A stretch of DNA of 64,000 bases from an uncultured Prevotellaceae bacterium (GCA_900318885.1 ONMN01000001.1:93068-157067); one strand, 5' to 3'. Positions 1-20,080 are shown, counted from the first letter of the stretch. Numbers and translations: made by a program. Notes: a model not told the origin generated them from the sequence alone.

Positions 1-1685
1 ACTATAAGGCTCCTCTGCTGCGCGCCCTGCATGCAGTAAATGTGGCTGCCGTGGATGTATGCCACTATTTCGATCCTGCCGTCAAGAAGGTGACTTCGAA
101 CCTCGGTTGGGAACAGGAGTATTTCCTCGTGGATGAAGGCCTCTATGCCGCACGTCCTGACCTGCTGTTGACAGGCCGTACGCTGATGGGCCACGACTCA
201 GCCAAGAACCAGCAGATGGATGACCACTACTTCGGTGCCATTCCTGAGCGTGTGGCTGCCTTTATGCGCGACCTTGAGATTCAGGCTTTGGAACTCGGTG
301 TTCCCTGCAAGACGCGTCATAACGAGGTGGCTCCCAACCAGTTTGAGCTGGCGCCTATTTTCGAGGAGACTAATCTGGCCGTCGACCACAACATGATGCT
401 GATGTCGCTGATGAAGAAGGTGGCCCGCAAGCACGGTTTCCGCGTGTTGTTGCACGAAAAGCCCTTCGCAGGCATCAATGGTTCTGGTAAGCATAACAAC
501 TGGTCGCTCTCCACAGATACTGGTGTGCTGCTGCACGCTCCTGGCAAGACCGCTGAGCAGAACCTGCGCTTCGCTACGTTCATCGTTGAGACGCTGATGG
601 GTGTTTACAAACACAACGGTCTGCTGAAGGCCTCTATCATGAGTGCTACTAACGCCCACCGTCTGGGTGCCAACGAGGCTCCTCCAGCCATTGTTTCCTC
701 GTTCCTCGGCAAACAGGTCAGCGAACTGCTCGACCACATTGAGAAGGCCGACGTAGACGATATCCTCGCCATGGCCGGCAAGCAGGGTCTGAAGATGGAT
801 ATCCCTGAGATCCCTGAGCTGCTGATTGACAATACCGACCGCAACCGCACGTCGCCGTTCGCCTTTACGGGTAACCGTTTCGAGTTCCGTGCCGTAGGTT
901 CTGAGGCTAACTGTGCCAGTGCAATGATAGCCCTGAACAGCGCCGTCGCCGAGGCCCTCGTTGACTTCAAGAAGCGTGTGGATGCCAAGATTCCTGAATT
1001 GGAGAAGAAACTTGCCGGTACTGGTCATAGCGCTACGTTCCACGCCATCATCGACGTGCTGCGCGAAGATATCATGACTTGTAAGCCCATCCGCTTCGAC
1101 GGTAACGGCTACTCTGACGAGTGGGTCATCGAGGCTGAAAAGCGCGGTCTCGACGTTGAGAAGAGCTGCCCGAAGATCTTTGAACGCTACCTCGACAAGG
1201 AGAGCATCGACATGTTCGAGAGTCTGGGTGTGATGACGAAGAAGGAATTGGAGGCCCGCAACGAGGTGAAGTGGGAAACCTACACCAAGAAGATTCAGAT
1301 TGAGGCCCGTGTGCTGGGCGACCTGTCGATGAACCATATCATTCCTGTTGCTACCCACTACCAGAGTCAGTTGCTGAAGAATGTCGAGAATATGGCCACT
1401 ATCTTCCCTGTCGACAAGGCCGAGAAGCTCAGTGCCCGCAATATCAAGATTATTGAGGAGATTGCCGAGCGTACCTCAGCAATCGAGAAGGGTGTAGAGG
1501 ATTTGGTAAATGCCCGCAAACTGGCCAACAAGATTGACGACGAGCATGACAAAGCCATCGCCTACCACGATAAGGTAGAGCCCAAGCTCGACAGCATCCG
1601 TTACGAGATTGACAAGCTTGAACTCATCGTTGACGACGCACTCTGGCCCCTGCCGAAGTATCGTGAACTGTTATTCATTAGATAA
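1..1685 (+). CDS. glnA: Glutamine synthetase type III (5' end outside the window)
   Basis: GSIII motifs LGWEQEYFL, RHNEVAPNQFE, HEKPFAGINGSGKHNNWS, DRNRTSPFAFTGNRFEFR, C-terminal WPLPKYRELLF; frame is open from position 3, so the GTG at 42 is not the real start. Confidence 0.95.
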   Translation, partial: YKAPLLRALHAVNVAAVDVCHYFDPAVKKVTSNLGWEQEYFLVDEGLYAARPDLLLTGRTLMGHDSAKNQQMDDHYFGAIPERVAAFMRDLEIQALELGVPCKTRHNEVAPNQFELAPIFEETNLAVDHNMMLMSLMKKVARKHGFRVLLHEKPFAGINGSGKHNNWSLSTDTGVLLHAPGKTAEQNLRFATFIVETLMGVYKHNGLLKASIMSATNAHRLGANEAPPAIVSSFLGKQVSELLDHIEKADVDDILAMAGKQGLKMDIPEIPELLIDNTDRNRTSPFAFTGNRFEFRAVGSEANCASAMIALNSAVAEALVDFKKRVDAKIPELEKKLAGTGHSATFHAIIDVLREDIMTCKPIRFDGNGYSDEWVIEAEKRGLDVEKSCPKIFERYLDKESIDMFESLGVMTKKELEARNEVKWETYTKKIQIEARVLGDLSMNHIIPVATHYQSQLLKNVENMATIFPVDKAEKLSARNIKIIEEIAERTSAIEKGVEDLVNARKLANKIDDEHDKAIAYHDKVEPKLDSIRYEIDKLELIVDDALWPLPKYRELLFIR

Positions 1686-1708
1686 TCAACCTGTCTGCAT
1701 TCATATTA

Positions 1709-1746
1709 ATCCGCACCAGTCTGAAACATTTCAGGTTGGTGCGGAT
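1709..1746. terminator. Hairpin between convergent glnA and GH13, probable bidirectional terminator
   Basis: atccgcaccagtctgaaa / tttcaggttggtgcggat inverted repeat. Confidence 0.75.
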
Positions 1747-1787
1747 AATTGTTTTAACCCAAATCGGTCGTTAGGACTGGTTTGGCT

Positions 1788-3683
1788 TTAATACTCCAGT
1801 ATCAGCGACTGGCGGGGACGGAGTTGGAGGTCGGTGGAGAGGTCGTAATAACGGCCAGTGAGAATGTCTTTCACGCGAGTAGCCCTTCCGATGACCTCAG
1901 CATACCGCTTCACCTCCATCGTGGCAGGACGGGTGGTGCCATTGAGGATGGTGAGTGCCGTACGACCCTGATATTGGCGGGCAATGACGTAGATGCCGTT
2001 GAAGGGGATAAATTGTGTCATCTTGCCCTTGGTAATGACCTCGTTGCCTTTGCGCCAATGGAGCAGACGACTGGTCCACTGCCACATCTGCTGCTGGGCC
2101 TGCGTGCGTCCCTCGCGGGTAAAAGCATTGTTCTGGTCGCCAGGGAATCCGCCAGGGAAGTCCTTGCGTACGTTGCCGTCTGTCACCTCCTTCGTACCGT
2201 TCATCATGATTTCCGTACCATAATACATCTGCGGAATGCGACGAACGGTCATCAGCAACGCCAGTGCCTGTTTCAGCATCAGCGAGTCGCGGCCATTGCC
2301 CAGGAAGCGGTCGGTGTCGTGATTGTCAACGAAGGCCATCACATGGTCAGGGTCTTCATAGAGATAGTCGTAGACGAACGAGTTATACAGTCGGTTCAGG
2401 CCCTGCCACCAAGCATCGGTTTCCTCATTCTTGGCCTGCGACAGCTTTTCGAAAAACGAGAAATCCATAACGGTCTTCAGATACGAGTTGTCCTTTGACA
2501 GCTTCGAGTCCTTCTGCCACGCGGCGGTATAGGCAGGCTCCGTGACCCACGTCTCACCAACGGTGTTGAAGTTGGGGTATTCCTCGTCGAGCTCCTTCAT
2601 CCAACGTGCCATACCCTTGGCATCGGCATAGGGATAGGTGTCCATGCGGATGCCGTCGATACCGATGGTCTCTATCCACCACTTGGAGTTTTGGATAAGA
2701 TAGGTCATCACATGCGGGTTGCGCTGGTTCAGGTCGGGCATGGTGGGCACGAACCAACCATCCACAGTCTCACGCAGATCGACCTGCGAAGCGTAGGGAT
2801 CCTTGACGGGTGTCAGCTTGTAACTCGTCTGCTGGAAACTGGTTCCTGTCGGGTTACTCGTTCCCTGCGATTCCTTCAGCCATTCGGGCAGGTTCAGCCA
2901 GTCTTTCGTCGGCATGTCCTGCGTCCAAGGATGCTCGAAGCCCGAGTGGTTGAAAATCATGTCCATCACCACCTTCAGTCCCTTTGCATGAGCCTCGTCG
3001 CACAGCCGGCGATAGTCCTCGTTCGTGCCGAATCGCGGATCGACACGATAGTAGTCCGTCGTAGCATAGCCGTGATAGGTGGAATAGCCGCGTTCGTCGT
3101 CAGGCGAGTCGTTCTCGAGCACAGGTGTCAACCACAGTGCCGTCACGCCCAGCTCGTTGAAATAGTCCAGATGTTCGCGAATGCCGTTCAGGTCGCCACC
3201 GTGTCGCAACGAGGGTTGTGTACGGTCTTCCTTATACGTTCGCATTCCCGCCACCTGCGGATTATGCCCTGCACCCTGTGCAAAACGGTCGGGCATGAGC
3301 ATATAGAGCACGTCGGCATTGGTAAATCCCATGCGCTTCGAACCAGCCATCTCGCGCTGCTTCAACAGATAGTTGACTGTTAGTTTGTCCAACTTCAATG
3401 TCATCGTACCCGGCTGCGCATCACGTAGGTTCAGATACACCAACAGGTAGTTTGGCGACTCCAGTCTTACAATGCTGTCGATGACCACTCCTGGATAATC
3501 TGTCGTTACATCTTTTACGCTGGCAATGTTCTTGCCGTAAACCATCAACTGCAACGAAGGATTTTTCATACCCACATACCAGTCGGTGGGATCCACGCGG
3601 TCTACTGTCACTTTTACTTTTGCTCCATTCATCATCATTACGTTGGCCATCAGGATGGCGGTTACTAATAATAGTTTTCTCAT
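1788..3683 (-). CDS. GH13 neopullulanase/cyclomaltodextrinase (SusA-like)
   Basis: Signal peptide; YMLMPDRF, HGGDLNGI, YHGYATTDYY, DMIFNH, DGIRMDT, GETW, FVDNHD motifs. Confidence 0.92.
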   Translation of the reverse strand: MRKLLLVTAILMANVMMMNGAKVKVTVDRVDPTDWYVGMKNPSLQLMVYGKNIASVKDVTTDYPGVVIDSIVRLESPNYLLVYLNLRDAQPGTMTLKLDKLTVNYLLKQREMAGSKRMGFTNADVLYMLMPDRFAQGAGHNPQVAGMRTYKEDRTQPSLRHGGDLNGIREHLDYFNELGVTALWLTPVLENDSPDDERGYSTYHGYATTDYYRVDPRFGTNEDYRRLCDEAHAKGLKVVMDMIFNHSGFEHPWTQDMPTKDWLNLPEWLKESQGTSNPTGTSFQQTSYKLTPVKDPYASQVDLRETVDGWFVPTMPDLNQRNPHVMTYLIQNSKWWIETIGIDGIRMDTYPYADAKGMARWMKELDEEYPNFNTVGETWVTEPAYTAAWQKDSKLSKDNSYLKTVMDFSFFEKLSQAKNEETDAWWQGLNRLYNSFVYDYLYEDPDHVMAFVDNHDTDRFLGNGRDSLMLKQALALLMTVRRIPQMYYGTEIMMNGTKEVTDGNVRKDFPGGFPGDQNNAFTREGRTQAQQQMWQWTSRLLHWRKGNEVITKGKMTQFIPFNGIYVIARQYQGRTALTILNGTTRPATMEVKRYAEVIGRATRVKDILTGRYYDLSTDLQLRPRQSLILEY

Positions 3684-3699
3684 ATCGATTTAAGTTTAA

Positions 3700-5043
<1,344 letters not shown>

Positions 5044-5049
5044 AGTCTT

Positions 5050-7410
5050 ATGAAGAAATCCGCATTATTTATTGTAGCAGCGGCCGCACTGATGGTTGGC
5101 TGTACGTCTGCTGACAAGGTGGCTCAGAAGAGCATCGACCAGCAGGAGGTGATGAGTAAGTTATCACTCGAGGACAAGGCGCACTTCGTCATTGGTGTGG
5201 GTATGGAAGGCTTCAGCGGTGACAATGCTGTCATCGGAGCTACAAAGAGCCTGGTGCCTGGAGCTGCGGGTACCACCTATCCCCTTGACTCGCTGGGCAT
5301 TCCCGCCGTGGTATTGGCTGACGGTCCTGCAGGACTGCGCATTGACGCTACCCGCGAAGGGGATTCTGCTACGTATTATTGCACCCATTTCCCCATCGGC
5401 ACATTGTTGGCCTCAACGTGGAACACGAAGTTGGTGGAAGAGGTGGGGCAGGCCATTGGCGAGGAGGTGAAGGAGTATGGTGCCGACGTGCTGTTAGCTC
5501 CAGCGCTGAACATCATGCGTAACCCGCTGTGCGGACGTAACTTCGAGTACTACAGCGAAGACCCCGTGGTAGCAGGTAAGACCGCTGGCGCCTATATCAA
5601 AGGCGTGCAGAAGAACGACGTGGGTACGAGCATCAAGCACTTCGCCGCTAACAACCAGGAGACGAACCGCATGAATACCGATGCGCGCATTTCGCAGCGC
5701 GCCTTGCGCGAAATCTACCTGAAGGGTTTCGAGATTGCCATCAAGGAAAGCAAGCCGTGGACGGTGATGACGTCGTACAACTACATTAACGGCACGTATG
5801 CCTCGGAAAGCAAGGACCTCGTCGAAACCATCCTCCGCGATGAGTGGGGTTACGAGGGTACTGTGATGACCGACTGGTTTGGCGGTAAGGACGGAGCCAA
5901 GCAGATGTGGGCCGGCAACGATATGCTGCAGCCGGGTAAGAAGGAGCAGTTTGACAGCATCGTGGCAGGTGTGAAGAGTGGCAAACTGGCCGAGGCCGAC
6001 CTCGACCGTAACGTGGGCCGCATCCTGAACCTCGTGGAGAAGAGTCCGCGTTTCCAAGGCTACAAATATTCGAACAAGCCCGACCTGAAGGCTCACGCTG
6101 CTGTAACACGCCAAAGTGCCGCTGAGGGTATGGTACTCATGAGAAACGAGAAGGCGCTGCCGTTCGCCGAGAACGTGAAGAACGTGGCACTGTATGGTAA
6201 TACGTCGTACGACTTCATTGCCGGCGGAACGGGATCAGGTAACGTCAACCACGCCTATGTCGTCTCGTTGCTTGATGGTCTGAAGAACGGCGGCTATACC
6301 GTCTCTGAGGAACTGAAGAACGCTTACGAGTCATATCTCGCTGACGCCAAGAAGAAGGCTGAGGCCGCACTGGAGGAGCAGGCCAAGAAGGATCCGAAGA
6401 ACGCGATGCTCGTGAAGTTCCTGCCCCAGCCACTGCCCGCAGAAAAGCTCTTTACCCCCGACGAACTGGCGAAGCAGGCCGAGGCTTCAGACATCGCCGT
6501 CATCACATTGGGTCGTCTGTCTGGTGAGTTCCTCGACAGAAAGGTGGCTGACTTCAACCTCAGCGACTCTGAATGCCAACTGCTCCAGCAGGTTTGCGAC
6601 GTTTATCACAAGGCCAACAAACAGGTTATCGTGCTACTGAACATTGGTGGTGTCATTGAGACTGCCTCATGGAAGGATATGCCCGACGCCATCCTCTGCG
6701 CCTGGCAGGCAGGACAGGAGGGCGGCAACAGCGTTGTTGACGTGCTCAGCGGCAAGCAGTCGCCCAGCGGCAAGTTTACGATGACTTGGCCCATCAAGTT
6801 CACCGATGCCTACTCGTCGAAGAATTTCCCCATCGACGAAGACCCGCGCATCGACATGCTCAACCAGGGCAAGAAGGGTAACGTCCGCAACGTGGACTAT
6901 ACCGAATATGAGGAGGACGTTTACGTTGGCTATCGTTATTTCGACTCCTTCGACGTTCCCGTCTCTTATCCTTTCGGTTATGGTCTGAGCTACACCACCT
7001 TCGAGTATAGCGATGCCAAGATTGAACAGAAGAACGACATCTACGACGTGACTGTCACCATTAAGAACACAGGTGACCGTGAAGGCAAGGAAGTCGTAGA
7101 GCTTTATGTTGCTGCTCCCGACTCGAAGGCTGCCAACAAGCCCGCCAAGGAACTGAAGGCTTTCGCCAAGACAAAGAGTCTGAAGCCTGGCGAGAACGAG
7201 ACCCTCACGTTGAGCATCACCGCTGATCAACTGGCGTCCTTCGACGAGACTGCCTCTGCATGGGTTGTCGCCGAGGGTGAATACCAGTTCATTGTCGCTG
7301 CCTCTGCTGCCGACGTCAAGGCCACCCTCACGGCTCCCGTCAAGAACCAGCAGGTGAAGGCTCACGACGTGCTGAAACCCCAAACGAAGATGAACCTCTT
7401 AAAACGATAA
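5050..7410 (+). CDS. GH3 beta-glucosidase/xylosidase, lipoprotein
   Basis: Lipobox LMVGC; ADGPAGLR, GRNFEYYSEDP, KHFAANNQE, MTDW, YPFGYGLSYTTF. Confidence 0.93.
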   Translation: MKKSALFIVAAAALMVGCTSADKVAQKSIDQQEVMSKLSLEDKAHFVIGVGMEGFSGDNAVIGATKSLVPGAAGTTYPLDSLGIPAVVLADGPAGLRIDATREGDSATYYCTHFPIGTLLASTWNTKLVEEVGQAIGEEVKEYGADVLLAPALNIMRNPLCGRNFEYYSEDPVVAGKTAGAYIKGVQKNDVGTSIKHFAANNQETNRMNTDARISQRALREIYLKGFEIAIKESKPWTVMTSYNYINGTYASESKDLVETILRDEWGYEGTVMTDWFGGKDGAKQMWAGNDMLQPGKKEQFDSIVAGVKSGKLAEADLDRNVGRILNLVEKSPRFQGYKYSNKPDLKAHAAVTRQSAAEGMVLMRNEKALPFAENVKNVALYGNTSYDFIAGGTGSGNVNHAYVVSLLDGLKNGGYTVSEELKNAYESYLADAKKKAEAALEEQAKKDPKNAMLVKFLPQPLPAEKLFTPDELAKQAEASDIAVITLGRLSGEFLDRKVADFNLSDSECQLLQQVCDVYHKANKQVIVLLNIGGVIETASWKDMPDAILCAWQAGQEGGNSVVDVLSGKQSPSGKFTMTWPIKFTDAYSSKNFPIDEDPRIDMLNQGKKGNVRNVDYTEYEEDVYVGYRYFDSFDVPVSYPFGYGLSYTTFEYSDAKIEQKNDIYDVTVTIKNTGDREGKEVVELYVAAPDSKAANKPAKELKAFAKTKSLKPGENETLTLSITADQLASFDETASAWVVAEGEYQFIVAASAADVKATLTAPVKNQQVKAHDVLKPQTKMNLLKR

Positions 7411-7416
7411 TACGCT

Positions 7417-10982
<3,566 letters not shown>

Positions 10983-10991
10983 AACCACGAA

Positions 10992-13430
10992 ATGAAGCAA
11001 TCTCTTGCAAAGGCCTGTGTCGCCATTGTACTATCAATATTACCAGCCTTACAAGTACAAGCACAGACGTTGCACTACGACCGGCCTGCGCAGTATTTCG
11101 AGGAGGCGCTGGTAATAGGTAATGGTACAATGGGCGGCATCGTCTATGGTGGCACCCAGAAAGACTTGATTTCGCTGAACGACATCACGCTATGGACTGG
11201 TGAGCCGTGTAACATGAACGTCTATTCGCCTGAGGCCTACAAAAGCATCCCCCTGATTCGCGAGGCCTTGAAGCAAGGCGATTATAAGGAGGCCGACCGT
11301 TTGCAGCGTGACGTACAGGGACATTTCTCACAGAACTATCAGCCGTTGGGACAACTTGCGATAGAATATCTCGACACCACGTTGGCGGTGACCAACTATC
11401 GGCGTTGGCTGGACATTGGCAATGCGACGGTTCATACGGAATATCGGCGCGGAGGCTATCGGTATACGACGGAGTACTTTGCCACAAACCCTGACTCAGG
11501 AATTGTGGTGCGTATCGCGACTGACAATCCCAAGGGCATTCAGGTGCGGTTGTCGATGAATTGTCAGTTGCGGTATAATCGCAGCATACAGGATGGTAAT
11601 ACATTGGTAACGGACGGCTATGCCGGCTATGCCTCGCTGCCCAGCTATTACGATGCGAAAGAAAAGTTTGCCTACGACCCTGAGCGTGGCATCCACTTCC
11701 GCACGAAGGTGAGGGTGAACGCTGATAAAACAAGGGTTGACAACGACGCTGTTGTGGCTTATGGCGACAAGGAGGTGACACTTTACATCGTTAATGGAAC
11801 ATCTTTCAATGGTTTCGACAAAGATCCCGTCAAACAAGGGCGTCCCTATGAGCAGATAGCTGATGGACGTTTGCGCCATTTGCTCAGTGTATCTTACGAC
11901 CAGTTAAAAAGCCGACATGTTGAGGACTACAAGAGCATTTATGATCGCGTGACATTGACGCTGGGAAGCGAAGGCGAGGATGTGCGTCCTACCGACATCC
12001 AGTTACGCGAATATGTTGACGAAAGCCGGTTCAACCCTTCATTAGAAGCACTCTATTTCCAATACGGACGCTACTTGCTTATCAGTTGTTCGCGTACGCC
12101 CAATGTACCAGCTAATTTGCAGGGACTGTGGAACGAGAGCATTCTGCCACCTTGGTCATGCAACTACACCAGCAACATCAACGTCGAAGAAAACTACTGG
12201 GCTGCCGAGACTGCCGCAATGCCTGAGATGCACGAGTCGTTGTTTACCTTCATGAAGGAACTACAGGGCTCGGGCGAACTGACGGCAAAAGCTTACTACG
12301 GCGTAAACCGTGGCTGGTGTCTGGCTCATAACACCGATATCTGGGCAATGACCTGTCCTGTAGGTCTGCATACCGGCGATCCGATGTGGGCAAACTGGAA
12401 TATGGGCGGTGCTTGGCTCTCGACACATATTTGGGAGCACTATACCTTCTCGTTGGACAAGGACTTTTTACGCGAGTATTATCCTGTATTGAAAGGTGCC
12501 GCTGAGTTTTGTCTGGGTTGGCTCGTACCACTCTCCGACTTGAACTCTCAGCCTTCAGCCATCGACTATCTCATCACCGCTCCTGCAACCTCGCCCGAAA
12601 ACTCCTTCGTCACTCCCGATGGTTATTACGGTCGTACTTGCTATGGTGGTTTTGCCGATATCGCCATGATTCGCGAATGTGTTGGCGATGCTCGCGATGC
12701 CGCTATGGTTTTGGGCATTGACAAAGACTTCATTGCAGAGGCCGATGCAGCCTTGAAACGCCTGCATCCTTACAAGATTGGTAAAAAAGGCAATTTGCAG
12801 GAGTGGTTCTACGATTGGGAAGATGAAGACCCGCATCACCGTCATCAAAGCCACCTCTTCGGCATCTATCCTGGTCACCGTCTTGACGATGGCGTGAATA
12901 CGAAGGAGGCCATTCACCAAGCGGCCTCACGTACCCTTGAACTGAAGGGTGACCAAACGACGGGATGGAGCACAGGTTGGCGCGTGAACCTCTATGCCCG
13001 CCTGCATGATGCCAAGAATGCCTATCACATCTATCGGAAATTGCTATCCTATGTCAGTCCTGACGGCTATCGTGGTTCTGATGCCCGTCGCGGTGGTGGC
13101 ACCTATCCCAATCTGCTCGATGCCCACTCGCCTTTCCAGATTGACGGTAACTTTGGTGGTTGTGCCGGTGTGGTGGAGATGCTGATGCAGAGCGACTTCC
13201 GTCTTGACAGTAACGGACAGCCTGTTGTCGCTATCGAATTATTACCGGCCCTGCCCGCCAACTGGAAAGACGGTTCGGTGAAGGGTCTGCGGGCCCGTGG
13301 CGGTTATACCGTTGACATCACGTGGCGTGACGGGCTGGTTGTCGACTACCGCATACGGAATCCCCACGGTGGGACTGTCACTGTGCGTTATAATGGTAAG
13401 GAAGAGCAGGTAAAAGCCGATAAAGGGTAA
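10992..13430 (+). CDS. GH95 alpha-L-fucosidase/alpha-L-galactosidase
   Basis: ALVIGNG, FQYGRYLLIS, PANLQGLWN, HRHQSHL, PFQIDGNFG. Confidence 0.92.
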   Translation: MKQSLAKACVAIVLSILPALQVQAQTLHYDRPAQYFEEALVIGNGTMGGIVYGGTQKDLISLNDITLWTGEPCNMNVYSPEAYKSIPLIREALKQGDYKEADRLQRDVQGHFSQNYQPLGQLAIEYLDTTLAVTNYRRWLDIGNATVHTEYRRGGYRYTTEYFATNPDSGIVVRIATDNPKGIQVRLSMNCQLRYNRSIQDGNTLVTDGYAGYASLPSYYDAKEKFAYDPERGIHFRTKVRVNADKTRVDNDAVVAYGDKEVTLYIVNGTSFNGFDKDPVKQGRPYEQIADGRLRHLLSVSYDQLKSRHVEDYKSIYDRVTLTLGSEGEDVRPTDIQLREYVDESRFNPSLEALYFQYGRYLLISCSRTPNVPANLQGLWNESILPPWSCNYTSNINVEENYWAAETAAMPEMHESLFTFMKELQGSGELTAKAYYGVNRGWCLAHNTDIWAMTCPVGLHTGDPMWANWNMGGAWLSTHIWEHYTFSLDKDFLREYYPVLKGAAEFCLGWLVPLSDLNSQPSAIDYLITAPATSPENSFVTPDGYYGRTCYGGFADIAMIRECVGDARDAAMVLGIDKDFIAEADAALKRLHPYKIGKKGNLQEWFYDWEDEDPHHRHQSHLFGIYPGHRLDDGVNTKEAIHQAASRTLELKGDQTTGWSTGWRVNLYARLHDAKNAYHIYRKLLSYVSPDGYRGSDARRGGGTYPNLLDAHSPFQIDGNFGGCAGVVEMLMQSDFRLDSNGQPVVAIELLPALPANWKDGSVKGLRARGGYTVDITWRDGLVVDYRIRNPHGGTVTVRYNGKEEQVKADKG

Positions 13431-13438
13431 GAGGCAGT

Positions 13439-17308
<3,870 letters not shown>

Positions 17309-17319
<11 letters not shown>

Positions 17320-18571
17320 ACTTACGGAAAACTACGCAGGCATTGTGACCACCAAATCCGAAGGTATTGCTGAGACCAGCACGAACCTCACGCTTCTGAG
17401 CCTTGTTGAAGGTGAAGTTGAGGTTGTAGTCAATCTCCTCGTCCTTATCATCTTCCTCGTGGTTGATGGTGGGAGGAACGATATCGTTTTGGACAGCCAG
17501 AACGGTAGCCATAGCCTCAACAGCACCAGCAGCACCCAGCAAGTGACCAGTCATTGACTTGGTTGACGAGATGTTCAGTTTGAAGGCTGCATCGCCAAAC
17601 ACATCCTTGATGGCCTTGGCCTCAGAGATGTCACCAACGTGGGTAGAAGTACCATGAACGTTGATGTAGTCAATCTCGTCAGGCTGCATACCAGCATCCT
17701 CCAGCGCGTTCTGCATCACCAGCTTAGCACCCAGACCCTCAGGATGAGAAGCTGTGATGTGGTGAGCATCAGCACTCATACCAGCACCAACCATCTCAGC
17801 ATAGATCTTGGCACCACGAGCCTTAGCATGCTCGAGCTCCTCAAGAATCAGACAGCCAGCACCTTCACCCATGATGAAACCATCACGGCTGGCGCTGAAC
17901 GGACGGCTGGCCTTCTCAGGCTCGTCGTTACGCGTTGACAGAGCCTTCATGGCATTGAAACCACCGACACCCGTCTCGCAAATAGCAGCCTCAGCACCAC
18001 CAGCAACGATAGCGTTGGCCTTACCCAAGCGAATCAGGTTGAAAGCGTCAGCCAGTGCGTTCGACGAAGAAGCACAAGCAGAAGCAGTGATATAGTTGGG
18101 GCCGTGGAAGCCGTACATAATCGAAATCTGACCAGCAGCAATGTCTGCAATCATCTTGGGGATGAAGAAAGGATTGAACTTGGGACCATCCTCACGATGA
18201 GCACCATAATAGCCAACCTCTTCCTCGAAGGTCTTGATACCACCAATACCTACACCATAGACAACACCAATGCGGTTCTTGTCCTCTGCCTCCAAGTCCA
18301 TACCACAGTCCTCAACAGCCTGCTGGGCAGCAATGATGGCCAGCTGTGTATAGCGGTCCATCTTACGAGCCTCTTTGCGGTCGATGTAAGCATTGACGTC
18401 GAGACCCTTCACCTCACAGGCAAACTGGGTCTTGAACTTAGATGCATCGAAAAGTGTAATAGGTGCAGCTCCGCTCTTACCAGCCAGCATATTCTCCCAA
18501 GTCTCCTTAGGATTATTGCCAAGCGGTGTAACGGCACCCATGCCTGTTACTACTACTCTTTTTAATTCCAT
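17309..18571 (-). CDS. fabF: 3-oxoacyl-ACP synthase II
   Basis: RVVVTGMG, SACASS, NVHGTST, STKSMTGHLLGAAG, NTFGFGGHN. Confidence 0.96.
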
Positions 18572-18577
18572 ACGCTT

Positions 18578-18628
18578 AAAAAAAAGGGTATGGGTTGCCT
18601 TCTCAAGTTAAGATGGCAACCCATACTC
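18578..18628 (-). terminator. Intrinsic terminator between acpP and fabF
   Basis: Minus strand gagtatgggttgcc...ggcaacccataccc followed by T8. Confidence 0.8.
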
Positions 18629-18637
18629 ATTATTCAT

Positions 18638-18874
18638 TTATTTTGCGTTCTCCTCGATATAAGCGATAGCGTCACCTACAGTACCGATCTTCTCAGCCTT
18701 ATCGTCGGGGATAGAGATTCCGAACTCCTTCTCAAACTCCATGATGAGCTCAACGGTATCCAGTGAGTCAGCACCAAGGTCATTTGTGAAACTTGCCTCG
18801 GGCTTTACCTCAGCCTCATCAACACCCAGTTTGTCTACGATAATTGCCTTTACTTTGCTTTCAATTTCTGACAT
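18638..18874 (-). CDS. acpP: Acyl carrier protein
   Basis: MSEIESKVK...[12 protein letters not shown]; 78 aa from ATG 18874. Confidence 0.97.
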   Translation of the reverse strand: MSEIESKVKAIIVDKLGVDEAEVKPEASFTNDLGADSLDTVELIMEFEKEFGISIPDDKAEKIGTVGDAIAYIEENAK

Positions 18875-19067
18875 AATTTTCTTCTTTAAAATGTTAATAA
18901 TTTGATTCTTTTTCTGAAAACTTCGCAACAAAAGGTCGCTTAGCGGCTGCAAAGTAACGAATTTTTATTGACTTACGCAAATATTTTTAAGAAAAAAGTA
19001 CTCTTTTTTGCACATTAACCCTATACTTGTGCATGTTTTTGACCAAAAAAGTGCCGTTTTTACACTT

Positions 19068-20072
19068 TTAGTCCTCCTTTTTCTCCCTTCGAAGTGGATA
19101 ATAATTGCGTAAAGATTCAAAATTCTCAGGATGTTGCTTCAACTTTTGACTATCATCCAAAGGATTATAAAGTTGGAGAGGGTCTCCCGTATAAAGAAAG
19201 TCCACAGGTAGGGAAGGAGGTTTAATCGGGCCAGGATGCTTTAATCCAAAATGCTGACATAAGGCGTCAATGACCATATTGTCAGCATTCACCTTTCCGT
19301 CAGCCGAATAACCTGCAATATGAGGGGTGCCGATATAAACCTGCTTCAACAGTTCAAGGCTGAGCTGGGGTTCGTGCTCCCAAACGTCAATGACGGCATC
19401 GCGTATCCTGCCTTCGTTAAGGGCTGATAGCAAGGCTTCATTGTCAACAACCTCACCACGACTGGTATTTATTATATAAGGTACGCGCGAGAGTTGATGG
19501 AAGGATGCGTCGTCAGCCATGTGGTAAGTGGCGTGTTCGCCCTCACGCGTCAGAGGCACGTGGAAAGTGATGATGTCAGCTTCGCGCTCGATGGTTTCGA
19601 GCGAAACAAAAGAAGGGTCACCCAGCAAGGGATCGCATACTAAGACGCGCATCCCTAAACGTTCAGCGACAGCCTTGACTTTCGAACCTACGTGGCCACA
19701 ACCCACAATACCTATCGTCGATTTGCGCAAACAAAGCCCTTTCTCGCGTTCCAACAACAACAGCGAACACTCAACGTACTGCGCCACAGAGGCAGCATTA
19801 CACCCTGGACAATTAGTCCAACGGATGCCAGCCCGCTTCATGTATGCTGTGTCAATATGGTCAAAGCCAATGGTTGCTGTTGCCACAAACTGCACCTTGC
19901 TGTCTTTCAGCAACGCTTCGTCACATCGAGTACGCGTCCGGACTATCAAAGCATCAGCGTCTTGGACGTCATCAGTACTGATGTCTGCTCCTCGCAACGC
20001 CACTACTTCATCAGCCAAAAGTTCCAGCTTTTCGCGAATAAAAGGTATCTTATCGTCAACTACTATCTTCAT
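19068..20072 (-). CDS. pdxB: Erythronate-4-phosphate dehydrogenase
   Basis: MKIVVDDKIP, TATIGFDHID, PGCNAASVAQY, GCGHVG, TPHIAGYSADGK. Confidence 0.93.
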   Translation of the reverse strand: MKIVVDDKIPFIREKLELLADEVVALRGADISTDDVQDADALIVRTRTRCDEALLKDSKVQFVATATIGFDHIDTAYMKRAGIRWTNCPGCNAASVAQYVECSLLLLEREKGLCLRKSTIGIVGCGHVGSKVKAVAERLGMRVLVCDPLLGDPSFVSLETIEREADIITFHVPLTREGEHATYHMADDASFHQLSRVPYIINTSRGEVVDNEALLSALNEGRIRDAVIDVWEHEPQLSLELLKQVYIGTPHIAGYSADGKVNADNMVIDALCQHFGLKHPGPIKPPSLPVDFLYTGDPLQLYNPLDDSQKLKQHPENFESLRNYYPLRREKKED

Positions 20073-20080
20073 ATTGCCTG

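Noticed and set aside
198-1358. Long antisense ORFs (386 aa here; others at 1782, 9834, 29006, 36643, 49846)
   Set aside because: Shadow frames of well-supported genes on the opposite strand, with no recognisable motifs.
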